DNA of 64,000 nucleotides from a virus. Location of the stretch: the IMG/VR virus record IMGVR_UViG_3300036819_000331, positions 1 through 64,000 of that record; one strand, given 5' to 3'. This document shows positions 48,569-56,926 of this stretch, in pieces. The position numbers were made by a program, and so were the translations under genes. The number at the start of each line of letters is the position of its first letter. Position 1 is the stretch's first letter. The notes below the pieces were generated by a model. The model saw nothing but the letters and a program-made list of their open reading frames with translations. It was not told the origin of the DNA and did not search any database.

Positions 48569-48686
48569 CAGCCCAGCTCGCAGGTGGCGTGAAAAATAAC
48601 AGCGGGCAGCACGGGCGGTGGGGTTCTTTTCGCACTTACCTTCCCTGCCGTGACCGTGCATTTAACCCTCAACGAATGGTAGTTGT

Positions 48687-48926
48687 ATGTCTGTCTTGCA
48701 GCTTTTGAGAATCTTGTGGTGGGGGCTGGACACCACCCTAAGTTTTGGAGCGGTGCCATTGTGGCTGCTGACCGGGCGAGAAGTTTACAACGGCCTGATT
48801 GCGACTGGGTACTCGTTAGCGGTATGCGGCGGTTTTGCATGCTTCGTGACGGCATGGTTCGTGCTTATCGGGATTTGCAAGAGGACCGCCGAGCGGAGTG
48901 AATTATGGAGCGCTGGGAATGTCTGA
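48687..48926 (+). CDS. Small membrane protein
   Basis: Two hydrophobic segments. Confidence 0.4.
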   Translation: MSVLQLLRILWWGLDTTLSFGAVPLWLLTGREVYNGLIATGYSLAVCGGFACFVTAWFVLIGICKRTAERSELWSAGNV

Positions 48927-49314
48927 TGCGCTCTTCCGCCAATGGGTCCAAACCCTCCCATCCTGCCTCGACGGAAAGTCATTTTCCGAATGGATCCCCA
49001 CCATCGGGGAGTGGCGAAACCTCGCGTGCCATATCCGCCGCGCCGGGCGTTCGGGAATTGGCTTCAAGGAGGCCTACGCCGTCGTCCCGATGACTGACGG
49101 GCAGCATCGATATCAACATCAGCACGGCGAACTCGCCTGCCTCCGCAAATTCACTCGCGATCCCCAGCTCATCTGCACGCTCGACAATGCCTCGCCGTTT
49201 GAGGCGGAGCGTCTGGCGGGTGAGTGGTTCGATGCGCAGGTGGAGAAGTACCGGGCGATGTGGCGGCGCATGGTTCAAAACGGGGAATTACCTTTAACCG
49301 CAGGGAAATGCTAA
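48898..49314 (+). CDS. DUF968/HNH-like phage protein
   Basis: ACHIRR...GIGFK..AVVPM..QHRYQHQHGE. Confidence 0.55.
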   Translation: MNYGALGMSDALFRQWVQTLPSCLDGKSFSEWIPTIGEWRNLACHIRRAGRSGIGFKEAYAVVPMTDGQHRYQHQHGELACLRKFTRDPQLICTLDNASPFEAERLAGEWFDAQVEKYRAMWRRMVQNGELPLTAGKC

Positions 49315-49889
49315 TGAACAACAAAAAAGGAGACACCACCATGCAGGCAGCGCCAGTCGAGGATACCGGATTCATCGACATGAGGGAGCAGCTGGCACCC
49401 AAGCAGGTGAAGGCGTATGTCGAGCACCAGCGGGAGCGGGGCCATGTCGAATTCAATAACGGCTCCATCCTCGTGAAGAGCCGTCACCCGCTCGACCAGT
49501 GCCTGCGGCGGGGCATCATCGAGGCCCACCACCATGACAGCGGCAAGCGCATCATGACGATCCGGGACTGCGCGTTCTCCCGCACGTCCGGCCGCATCTA
49601 CAATGACCTCGGGCAGGGCGATAGTGGCATCGATGCCATGACGCTGTTCACGGAGGCCAGCCGGGCGATGATGAAGCTCGGCAACCCGAAGTTCGGCGGC
49701 CTCTGGGGTCTCATCAAAATCGTGTGCTTCAGCGAGCCGGATATCGATGGGAACTTCTTCAGCGAGGCGGAATACTCAGCGCTCTACGGGCTCGGGCCGA
49801 ATATTCAGAACGCGTTTGAGGAGTTGGATAAGGCGTTGGGGGAGGCGAGGGAGGCGATAAAAACGCGTCTCACGAATTCGCAGCGGTAG
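49314..49889 (+). CDS. Putative late transcription regulator (Q-position gene)
   Basis: Last gene of the early-right operon; LDQCLRRGIIEAHHHDSG pattern; call is mainly positional. Confidence 0.4.
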   Translation: MNNKKGDTTMQAAPVEDTGFIDMREQLAPKQVKAYVEHQRERGHVEFNNGSILVKSRHPLDQCLRRGIIEAHHHDSGKRIMTIRDCAFSRTSGRIYNDLGQGDSGIDAMTLFTEASRAMMKLGNPKFGGLWGLIKIVCFSEPDIDGNFFSEAEYSALYGLGPNIQNAFEELDKALGEAREAIKTRLTNSQR

Positions 49890-51123
49890 TATTTTTCGGG
49901 GGACGTGGCATGCCGCATTGTTCGCACACCTTGGCGAAAAAGGGTTCCATGGCGGCGAGTGGGTCTTCGCCGACGCGATAATCCCCCTCGACCTCGATGA
50001 GATCGCTGGCACACGGACCAACCGGGCGCGCGAAGTTGGAGAAGCCCATTGAGCGACCTCGCACACCCTCAAATCCGGCAATCCAATGAAAAGGCCCTGG
50101 AATACCAAAGCGATCACGCAGGAACTCGGCACCTCGCAACAGACTGTTCGAAAAACCAGACTCATCAAGCAGGATAAGCTTTGGTAGGTTCTGCAAGGGA
50201 AAGGTGTCTATCAGCCACAATTCGCCATCAATAAACATAAAGACAACCGCAGGCGCGAGATTAGAGTCCAGAACGGGTGCTAGGCCCGCGCCATCCGCGC
50301 CTCGCAAGTCAAAACTGCTTGTGTAGCCGTTATACAGCGGCAGCGTGGATAAATCTTTAACCTGTTTCCTGATAGCAATGACATTAAACGGCTCCGTTGG
50401 GGGCGTTTGAGGAATAACCCTGAGCCAGAAGGCGGCTCCGTCAGACAGTAATGCCTCAGATTCAGGCCTCCCGTTCAGACTGGCGATGGGATGCTTATAA
50501 AATCCGATTGGCTCCCCCTTGGCACGGAACCTCGCCCTACCATCTAGCGGGCGTCGGTACTCCCGTGGTTTAACTGGCGCGAGGCTTGACTTGTAGGTCT
50601 CGGCTGCGAGGATTTGTCTAATCTCGATTTCGAGAACTTTCGAGAGGTGCTCGCGCTGGGCTTTTCGTTCGTCGTCGGACGCTCCATCTGGTACGTCGTA
50701 TGGAGACGGGAATGCGTGATGCGCAAGGTCGAACGGCATCGTTGCCCTGTTGGGTTTTCCGTACGCCGTATTCATCACGGGGACAATCCTGCTGTGCCCC
50801 AAACTCTTAAGGGCATACCCGTATTCGATCAGCACATTAGGGTTCGGAGTCGGCTCGCCATTCTTGCGTTCAGCGACGAACGTCAAGTCAGGAACGAAAA
50901 TGGCGGCTCGATCGATCTTGCCAAGGATCGTATCGAATATGGGCGGAGATCCGGGAACCCCCTTAATGTCCTTATCAAGAACCAGTTCGTGAGGGCGCTC
51001 ATCGATAGTAAGTTCCTTCGAAATTCGTTCCAGAGCGGACTTGAGCGCTCGTTCTATGAGGTTGCGCCCTTCCTTCGTCGGCCTATCCGATTGCCACGAG
51101 AAGAAAACCGTTGCGGTGCTCAT
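49870..51123 (-). CDS. TIR/nucleoside-deoxyribosyltransferase-like domain protein (candidate defence moron)
   Basis: VFFSWQSD...ILGKIDRAAIFVPDLT...PNPNVLIEYGYA...MPFDL. Confidence 0.65.
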   Translation of the reverse strand: MSTATVFFSWQSDRPTKEGRNLIERALKSALERISKELTIDERPHELVLDKDIKGVPGSPPIFDTILGKIDRAAIFVPDLTFVAERKNGEPTPNPNVLIEYGYALKSLGHSRIVPVMNTAYGKPNRATMPFDLAHHAFPSPYDVPDGASDDERKAQREHLSKVLEIEIRQILAAETYKSSLAPVKPREYRRPLDGRARFRAKGEPIGFYKHPIASLNGRPESEALLSDGAAFWLRVIPQTPPTEPFNVIAIRKQVKDLSTLPLYNGYTSSFDLRGADGAGLAPVLDSNLAPAVVFMFIDGELWLIDTFPLQNLPKLILLDESGFSNSLLRGAEFLRDRFGIPGPFHWIAGFEGVRGRSMGFSNFARPVGPCASDLIEVEGDYRVGEDPLAAMEPFFAKVCEQCGMPRPPKNTTAANS

Positions 51124-51130
51124 TAGTTCG

Positions 51131-51412
51131 TCAATCAGTAGTTATGGTATCGCGATATACAGTGAAGGCCAGGTCAAAGATTTCCTCGGCAATCGCAGTC
51201 AATTCCGGTCGCCGAACTCCGTCGAGATTCTCCAAGGCTTTGTTGATCCGCACAAGTCGCTCGCGGTATTGCGGCGGCGATGTTTCGCCAAGCGGAAGAA
51301 GGGTGATTTTCGCTCCGAGGAGCCGCGACTTGAGCTTTTCATCAATCGTGGCGAGGAGTTTGCATGCGCTGTAACAACGCTCCGCTACCGACAGATCTGC
51401 ATTTCTGGCCAT
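51131..51412 (-). CDS. Hypothetical protein, apparently leaderless, upstream of the TIR-like gene
   Basis: TAGAAT 6 nt before ATG; 7-nt gap to the next gene. Confidence 0.5.
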   Translation of the reverse strand: MARNADLSVAERCYSACKLLATIDEKLKSRLLGAKITLLPLGETSPPQYRERLVRINKALENLDGVRRPELTAIAEEIFDLAFTVYRDTITTD

Positions 51413-51895
51413 GGTCGAATTCTACCCCAGAGTAGGAAGAATAAGGAGGCCACGCTTTTGGGCTTGCGTTTTTCTAATATTCGTGTAAATTGCAAATCGT
51501 TGACACGCCCTTTTTGTCTCTAGCGTTTGGAGCGCATGAATTCGCAGAAACGCTTGGCCTTCCGATCTTCAACCGTATCTTTTCCCACCGAAATCGACGC
51601 CGGTTCGTGCCAGGCGGCCCGTATTGAGGCCGCGATGTCGAAGCCTGTCCTCCGTGTTGCCGTAACGCCGGAATGGCTGGCGGAGAATGCGGTGAAGCAG
51701 CTGGCGTATGAGGAGAAGTTCCGCGCGTGGCGTAAGCTGCATCCGTCGCGTAATACGACTCAATAGCAATTTTCACGGGGACGGCACAATCCGCAAGGAC
51801 GCGTGCGCGGGGTGAGAAAACCCTGAGTAATCGTCCCCACTAAACATGCCCCGCGGGTGAGCGGGGATTTTCATTTTCAACTGACGTTCGAGTTT

Positions 51896-52396
51896 ATGGG
51901 TAGGAAAGCGCCGAAGAAGCTGGTGAAGTTCAGCTCCGAACTCGGCGAGTTGATCTGTTCGCTGCTGGCCGAAGGACAGAGTCTGCGGAAGATTTGCTCA
52001 ATCGATAGCATGCCGCGAGTATCGACGGTGATGTATTGGTTGGCGAAAGGCGCGGCGAAGACAAAGCCATTCGACGCATTCCTTGAGCAATACGCGATCG
52101 CGCGCGAGGCTCAGGCTCAGGTTTACGTCGATCAGATCATCGATATTGCCGATGATGACGAGGGTGATTTCGGCTTCAAGTCGGAAGATACCGAAGAGGG
52201 CGCGAGCGGCAAGCCCGTCGTCCTAATTGACAACGTTCATCGGGCGAAACTGCGGGTTGACGCCCGCAAATGGATTGCCTCGAAGCTTCTTCCGAAGAAG
52301 TACGGCGAGAAGATTCAGCAGGAACACAGCACCAAAGACGATAAGCCCATACCGATATTCACGCTCAACATCGGCCAGAAGACGCCCGATGCATGA
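51896..52396 (+). CDS. terS: Terminase small subunit (Sf6-like)
   Basis: ICSLLAEGQSLRKIC..MP...RAKLRVDARKWIASKLLPKKYGEK. Confidence 0.9.
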   Translation: MGRKAPKKLVKFSSELGELICSLLAEGQSLRKICSIDSMPRVSTVMYWLAKGAAKTKPFDAFLEQYAIAREAQAQVYVDQIIDIADDDEGDFGFKSEDTEEGASGKPVVLIDNVHRAKLRVDARKWIASKLLPKKYGEKIQQEHSTKDDKPIPIFTLNIGQKTPDA

Positions 52397-53640
52397 ACAT
52401 CCAGTACCAACGGCCGCCGCTGTATCCCAAGCAACTCGCCGCCATCTTCCATGACAAGCGATACGGTTTCATAGAAGCGAGTACCAAGGCCGGCAAGACC
52501 GTCGGAAACATGGCGTGGATTCTGGAAAAGACCCTTATCGGATCCAAGCCGAATCAGAACCGCTGGTGGGTCGCTCCTGTATACGGTCAGGCGGAAATTG
52601 CCTACACGCGCATGAAGCATGGCCTTCCGAAGGGCATATTTGATGCGCACGATACGAAGCTTCGCCTCTCGTTCATCAACGGCGCAAATATCTGGTTCAA
52701 GTCCGGCGAAAAGCCCGACAACCTCTACGGCGACGACGTTTACGATGTCGTCATCGACGAAGCGAGCAGGCTGCGCGAGGAAGCTTATACTGCGATCCGA
52801 AGCACGCTTACCGCGACGCGCGGTGCGCTCAGGGCCATAGGCAACGTCAAGGGACGTAAGAACTGGTTCTACCGCCTCTGCCGAAAAGCCCAGGCGGGCG
52901 ATCCGACAATGGAGTACCACAAACTCACCGCATATGACGCGGTCGAGGGTGGCGTCCTGGCGGCGGAGGAAATCGAATCCGCGAAGCGGGAGTTGCCGGA
53001 GAATGTCTTCCGGGAGCTTTACCTTGCCGAGCCTTCAGATGATGGCGGCAACCCGTTCGGCATCGCAGCGATTCAGGCGTGCGTTAAGCCGCTTTCGACC
53101 TTACCCGCAGTCTCCTGGGGCTGGGATTTAGCAAAATCCTACGACTGGTGCGTCGGAATCGGCCTCGACAGGAACAGCGACACTTGCCGGTTCGAACGTT
53201 TCCAAAAGCCTTGGCAGGACACGATTTCCTACATAAGGAATGTTACCGGCAATGTCCCGGCGCTTGTGGACAGTACCGGAGTCGGTGACCCGGTGCTTGA
53301 GGCTCTCCAGGCAAACGGCGGCAACAATTTCGAAGGCTTCAAGTTCTCGCAGCTGAGCAAACAGCAGCTCATGGAAGGGCTGGCGGTCGCGATACAGCAA
53401 AAGCACGTCGGCTACCCGGCTGGCGTCATTGTCTCCGAGCTTGAACAGTTCGAATACGAATATACGCGCACCGGAGTACGTTATAGCGCCCCGGAAGGAT
53501 TTCACGATGACTGCGTATGCGGTCTCGCCCTCGCGGTGCGCAGAAAGACAATTCCGCTGCCCGGCGCTGGCTGGCTCGCCTACGCCGAGTCGCAGGCCGT
53601 CGAAGCGCAGAAAGCCGCAGAGAAAGCCAAACACCCTTAA
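52393..53640 (+). CDS. terL: Terminase large subunit
   Basis: ASTKAGKT Walker A, VVIDEA Walker B, WDLAK..D, HDDCV nuclease motifs. Confidence 0.9.
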   Translation: MNIQYQRPPLYPKQLAAIFHDKRYGFIEASTKAGKTVGNMAWILEKTLIGSKPNQNRWWVAPVYGQAEIAYTRMKHGLPKGIFDAHDTKLRLSFINGANIWFKSGEKPDNLYGDDVYDVVIDEASRLREEAYTAIRSTLTATRGALRAIGNVKGRKNWFYRLCRKAQAGDPTMEYHKLTAYDAVEGGVLAAEEIESAKRELPENVFRELYLAEPSDDGGNPFGIAAIQACVKPLSTLPAVSWGWDLAKSYDWCVGIGLDRNSDTCRFERFQKPWQDTISYIRNVTGNVPALVDSTGVGDPVLEALQANGGNNFEGFKFSQLSKQQLMEGLAVAIQQKHVGYPAGVIVSELEQFEYEYTRTGVRYSAPEGFHDDCVCGLALAVRRKTIPLPGAGWLAYAESQAVEAQKAAEKAKHP

Positions 53641-53658
53641 CCCATCACAGGAGTTCTT

Positions 53659-54360
53659 ATGACCACCTATTCGATGCTCGCCCCCGCGGCCAAGGCCGGA
53701 TTTACCCAGCAATGCGCGTCCAGTACCACGTATACCGCCGATGCTTATGGCTTCATCACTGGAATCGCCCTGGCCGATGTCGGCGACCTCTATAAAGGAG
53801 GCTGCATCCCGCTGGGCCAGTCCGGCGTGCGCAGCACGTTCAGCCAGACCGTCGATCCCAGTATCAGCAACGACAACACCCAGGACTTCGGCATCGGTTC
53901 GGAATGGTTCAACACCACGACCGGCCTGATGTGGCGCTGCCAGTCCGCTGCGACCGGAGCGGCGGTGTGGTTGCCGCAGGTTTCGTCCGGCGTGCTCGTG
54001 GGTCGCCTTATCGGCGCGAACATGAACGTCACGACCGACCAGGCCATCAACATGACGGGCTGGACGGCGCTCAACAAATTCCGTCTGACCAAGGTAACGG
54101 TGAAAAACGCCAGCGTCTCGCTCACGACGGCAGCGGGCGGCATCTACACCGCTGTAAGCAAGGGCGGTACGGCCTATGTGGCATCGGGTCAGGCCTATAG
54201 CGCGCTGACCGGCGCAACGCTGGCGCTCGACCTTACCATCGCCACAACTCCCGGCGTCACGCCTCTTGCGGCGGCCAGCCAGCTTTATCTGGCGCTGAGC
54301 ACCGCGCAGGGCAGCGCAGCAACGGCAGACGTATATTTGTTCGGCGACGCCTACGTGTAA
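53659..54360 (+). CDS. Putative virion structural/decoration protein
   Basis: Thr/Ala/Gly-rich beta composition; DPSISND..DFGIGSEWFNTTT motif; RBS AGGAG. Confidence 0.55.
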   Translation: MTTYSMLAPAAKAGFTQQCASSTTYTADAYGFITGIALADVGDLYKGGCIPLGQSGVRSTFSQTVDPSISNDNTQDFGIGSEWFNTTTGLMWRCQSAATGAAVWLPQVSSGVLVGRLIGANMNVTTDQAINMTGWTALNKFRLTKVTVKNASVSLTTAAGGIYTAVSKGGTAYVASGQAYSALTGATLALDLTIATTPGVTPLAAASQLYLALSTAQGSAATADVYLFGDAYV

Positions 54361-54387
54361 AACTGAGGCCAGTAGCGAGAGTTTGCA

Positions 54388-55956
54388 ATGCCGGAGGGAG
54401 GAAAGGTTACGCCGATCTCCCCCGGCGTCGTTGCGCGCGTGACGCGTGCGGCACGATACGTCATCACTGGAAACGCCGACGGATGGTTCCCCGCAGGCCA
54501 GCCGCTCACTCCCCAGGCTCCTCCGGAAGTCCGGGGCCGCCAGTTCGACTACCCGACCTACGTCAATACGACCTATACGCCGCGCGCGGGCGAGCCGATA
54601 TCCTTCCAGGATTTGCGCGGCCTCGCCGATAACTGCGACATCCTCAGCTCTGCCATCGAAACCCGCAAGGACCAGATGGAAGCGCTGGAATGGAATATCC
54701 GCATCAAGGCGGACGACAACAACAAGCGTACGACCGCAACGGCAGAGCAGCAGAAGCGCATCGACGCCATCACCGATTTCCTCCAGTACCCCGACAAGAT
54801 CAACAGCTGGGAGCAGTGGCAGCGCCAGCTCCTCGACGACATGTTCGTCATCGATGCGCCGTGCCTCTACAAGCGCAAGGACCGCAAGGGGCGTCTCTAC
54901 GGACTCGAAATCATCGACGGCGCGAGCATCAAGATTCTGATTGACGACTCCGGCCGCAGGCCGCTTCCGCCCGATCCGGCCTACCAGCAAATCATCAAGG
55001 GCATGCCGGCGACCAACTACACCAGCGACGAGCTGCTGTATTGGATGCACAATCCCCGCAGCCATAAGGTCTATGGCCGCTCGCACGTCGAGCAGGTCAT
55101 CCTGACTGTGAATACGCTGATCCGCCGGGCGCTGTTCCAACTTGAATATTACAAGGAAGGCAGCCAGCCCGACGCATTCTTGGGACTGCCGAAGGAATGG
55201 AATAGCGAGCAGATCATCGCCTTCCAGAAGAATTTCGACGCCATGATGGCGGGCAACCTCGCCATGCGGCGCCGCCTGAAGTTCATGCCCGGTGAGTTCA
55301 AGTACCAGGAGACGAAAGCCCCGCAGCTCAAAGACGAATACGACGAGTGGCTGGCGCGCATCATCTGCTACGTGTTTTCCCTTGCGCCGACGCCGTTCAT
55401 CAAGCAGATGAACAGGGCGACGGCGGAATCATCGCATGATGCCGCGCTGGAAGAGGGCTTGGCACCGCTCCAGAAATGGATGCGCAAGAACGTAAACCGC
55501 GTAATCGCCGTAGATTTTGATTCCTCCGATCTCGAGTTCGCTTACGTTGATGACCGAGAACAGGACCCGCTGCAGGCGGCCCAGATCAACCAGATCTACG
55601 TCCAGGCCGGAATAATGTCGGTCGATGAGACGCGTGAGAATATCGGCTTAGTGCCGCTCGGTGGCGCTGCCGCTGTGGCAATGCCGCTCACAGCGACCGG
55701 GTTCGTCGCACCGAAAACTCCCGAAGAGCAGCAGGCAGATGCCGACGCTCAGACGCAAGCAATGCAGGCAGCTGCGGAGGCGCGCGCCAAAGCTGGGCAG
55801 AACGGAGCGCAGTCGAACGGTAATCAAAACGACCCGAAACACGGTGGGGGCGATGCGCCTCCTAGTAAGGATACGGACGACGCGAAGAAAGCAGCTCCTG
55901 CCAACTTAAAAAAAAAGCCCAACCCATATCTCCTCATGACCGGGCGCAGGCATTAA
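54388..55956 (+). CDS. Portal protein
   Basis: SAIETRKDQ...AYQQI...YGRSHVEQ...ARIICYVF..P..MNRATAE; located after terL. Confidence 0.85.
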   Translation: MPEGGKVTPISPGVVARVTRAARYVITGNADGWFPAGQPLTPQAPPEVRGRQFDYPTYVNTTYTPRAGEPISFQDLRGLADNCDILSSAIETRKDQMEALEWNIRIKADDNNKRTTATAEQQKRIDAITDFLQYPDKINSWEQWQRQLLDDMFVIDAPCLYKRKDRKGRLYGLEIIDGASIKILIDDSGRRPLPPDPAYQQIIKGMPATNYTSDELLYWMHNPRSHKVYGRSHVEQVILTVNTLIRRALFQLEYYKEGSQPDAFLGLPKEWNSEQIIAFQKNFDAMMAGNLAMRRRLKFMPGEFKYQETKAPQLKDEYDEWLARIICYVFSLAPTPFIKQMNRATAESSHDAALEEGLAPLQKWMRKNVNRVIAVDFDSSDLEFAYVDDREQDPLQAAQINQIYVQAGIMSVDETRENIGLVPLGGAAAVAMPLTATGFVAPKTPEEQQADADAQTQAMQAAAEARAKAGQNGAQSNGNQNDPKHGGGDAPPSKDTDDAKKAAPANLKKKPNPYLLMTGRRH

Positions 55957-56678
55957 AGTCCCGCGCGGCCATAAAGAGGCTCGCTGGGAAGGTTTTGGCG
56001 AAAACCGCCAGTTCGGTAGCCCGGCAGCTTAATACAGCGCTGGGCAAGCTCGCCAAGGCCGATGATGCCGACGACCAGTCGGATGGAATCGTAAGCGAAC
56101 TCGACCTCAATCTGCTGACGGGCCTCTCGGCAGTGCATCCGTGGCTGGAGGACGTGGCGGCGGATCGAGCCGGTGATGAGTTGCTATCGCTTGGGATCTC
56201 CGAGGATACAGATTTCTTCAGCCACGCAAATACGCGCGCGGCAGATTACGCCAAAGACCGCAGCGCTGATCTGGTCACCCAGATCGACGAATCCACGCGC
56301 GACATGCTCCGCCGGAAGATCGCCGACGGTATCGCCGCGGGTGCGATGCGGGAAGACATCATCGATTCCATCATGGACTCGGATATCTTCAGCGAGTCGC
56401 GCGCCACGCTAATCGCTGATACCGAAGTCGCGATGGCGAACGGGCAGGGGGGGCTTGCCGGTTACAAGGAAGCCAAAGCCGCGGGCGTGAAGTTGAAGAA
56501 GGTCTGGGTGTGCGATTCTGATCCGTGTCCTATCTGCGAAGAAAATGAAAACGCGGGCGAAATAGACGTTTCAGATTCCTTCCCAAGTGGCGATGATGCT
56601 GAAATCGCTCACATTAATTGCCTGTGTCACACAGAATCCGTGGTCGAGGATGACAAGGAAGAGGATGACGACGAATGA
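55908..56678 (+). CDS. MuF/gp7-like head morphogenesis domain (possibly reached by -1 frameshift)
   Basis: RATLIADTEV...KKVW..CPIC..N...HINCLC; frame is open from 55869 through the A9G run. Confidence 0.8.
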   Translation, partial: KKKAQPISPHDRAQALKSRAAIKRLAGKVLAKTASSVARQLNTALGKLAKADDADDQSDGIVSELDLNLLTGLSAVHPWLEDVAADRAGDELLSLGISEDTDFFSHANTRAADYAKDRSADLVTQIDESTRDMLRRKIADGIAAGAMREDIIDSIMDSDIFSESRATLIADTEVAMANGQGGLAGYKEAKAAGVKLKKVWVCDSDPCPICEENENAGEIDVSDSFPSGDDAEIAHINCLCHTESVVEDDKEEDDDE

Positions 56679-56851
56679 CGATACTCCAAGCCATCAGCCT
56701 CCTCAACGGCACGGTGCCGAATGGCCTCGTGGCTGTGCAGCGCGTCATGCTGATGAACGGCATCGTCGATGCGGCACGCAACGGCGATAAGGATGCCCGG
56801 CAGTTCATCGACCTTTGCGCCCTGAACGTCGCAACAGCAACAAGACACTAA
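56675..56851 (+). CDS. 58-aa hypothetical protein
   Basis: ATGA-coupled to the MuF stop. Confidence 0.45.
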   Translation: MTILQAISLLNGTVPNGLVAVQRVMLMNGIVDAARNGDKDARQFIDLCALNVATATRH

Positions 56852-56926
56852 CGACCACCCATTGTTTGGTCACTGGCCGCTCTTAACCGGACGGCCCATT
56901 TTTCACCCCTATCTTGAGCACCACCC

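Noticed and set aside
53128-55140. 670-aa minus-strand ORF
   Set aside because: Antisense shadow of clear terL, structural and portal genes; no motifs or coupling
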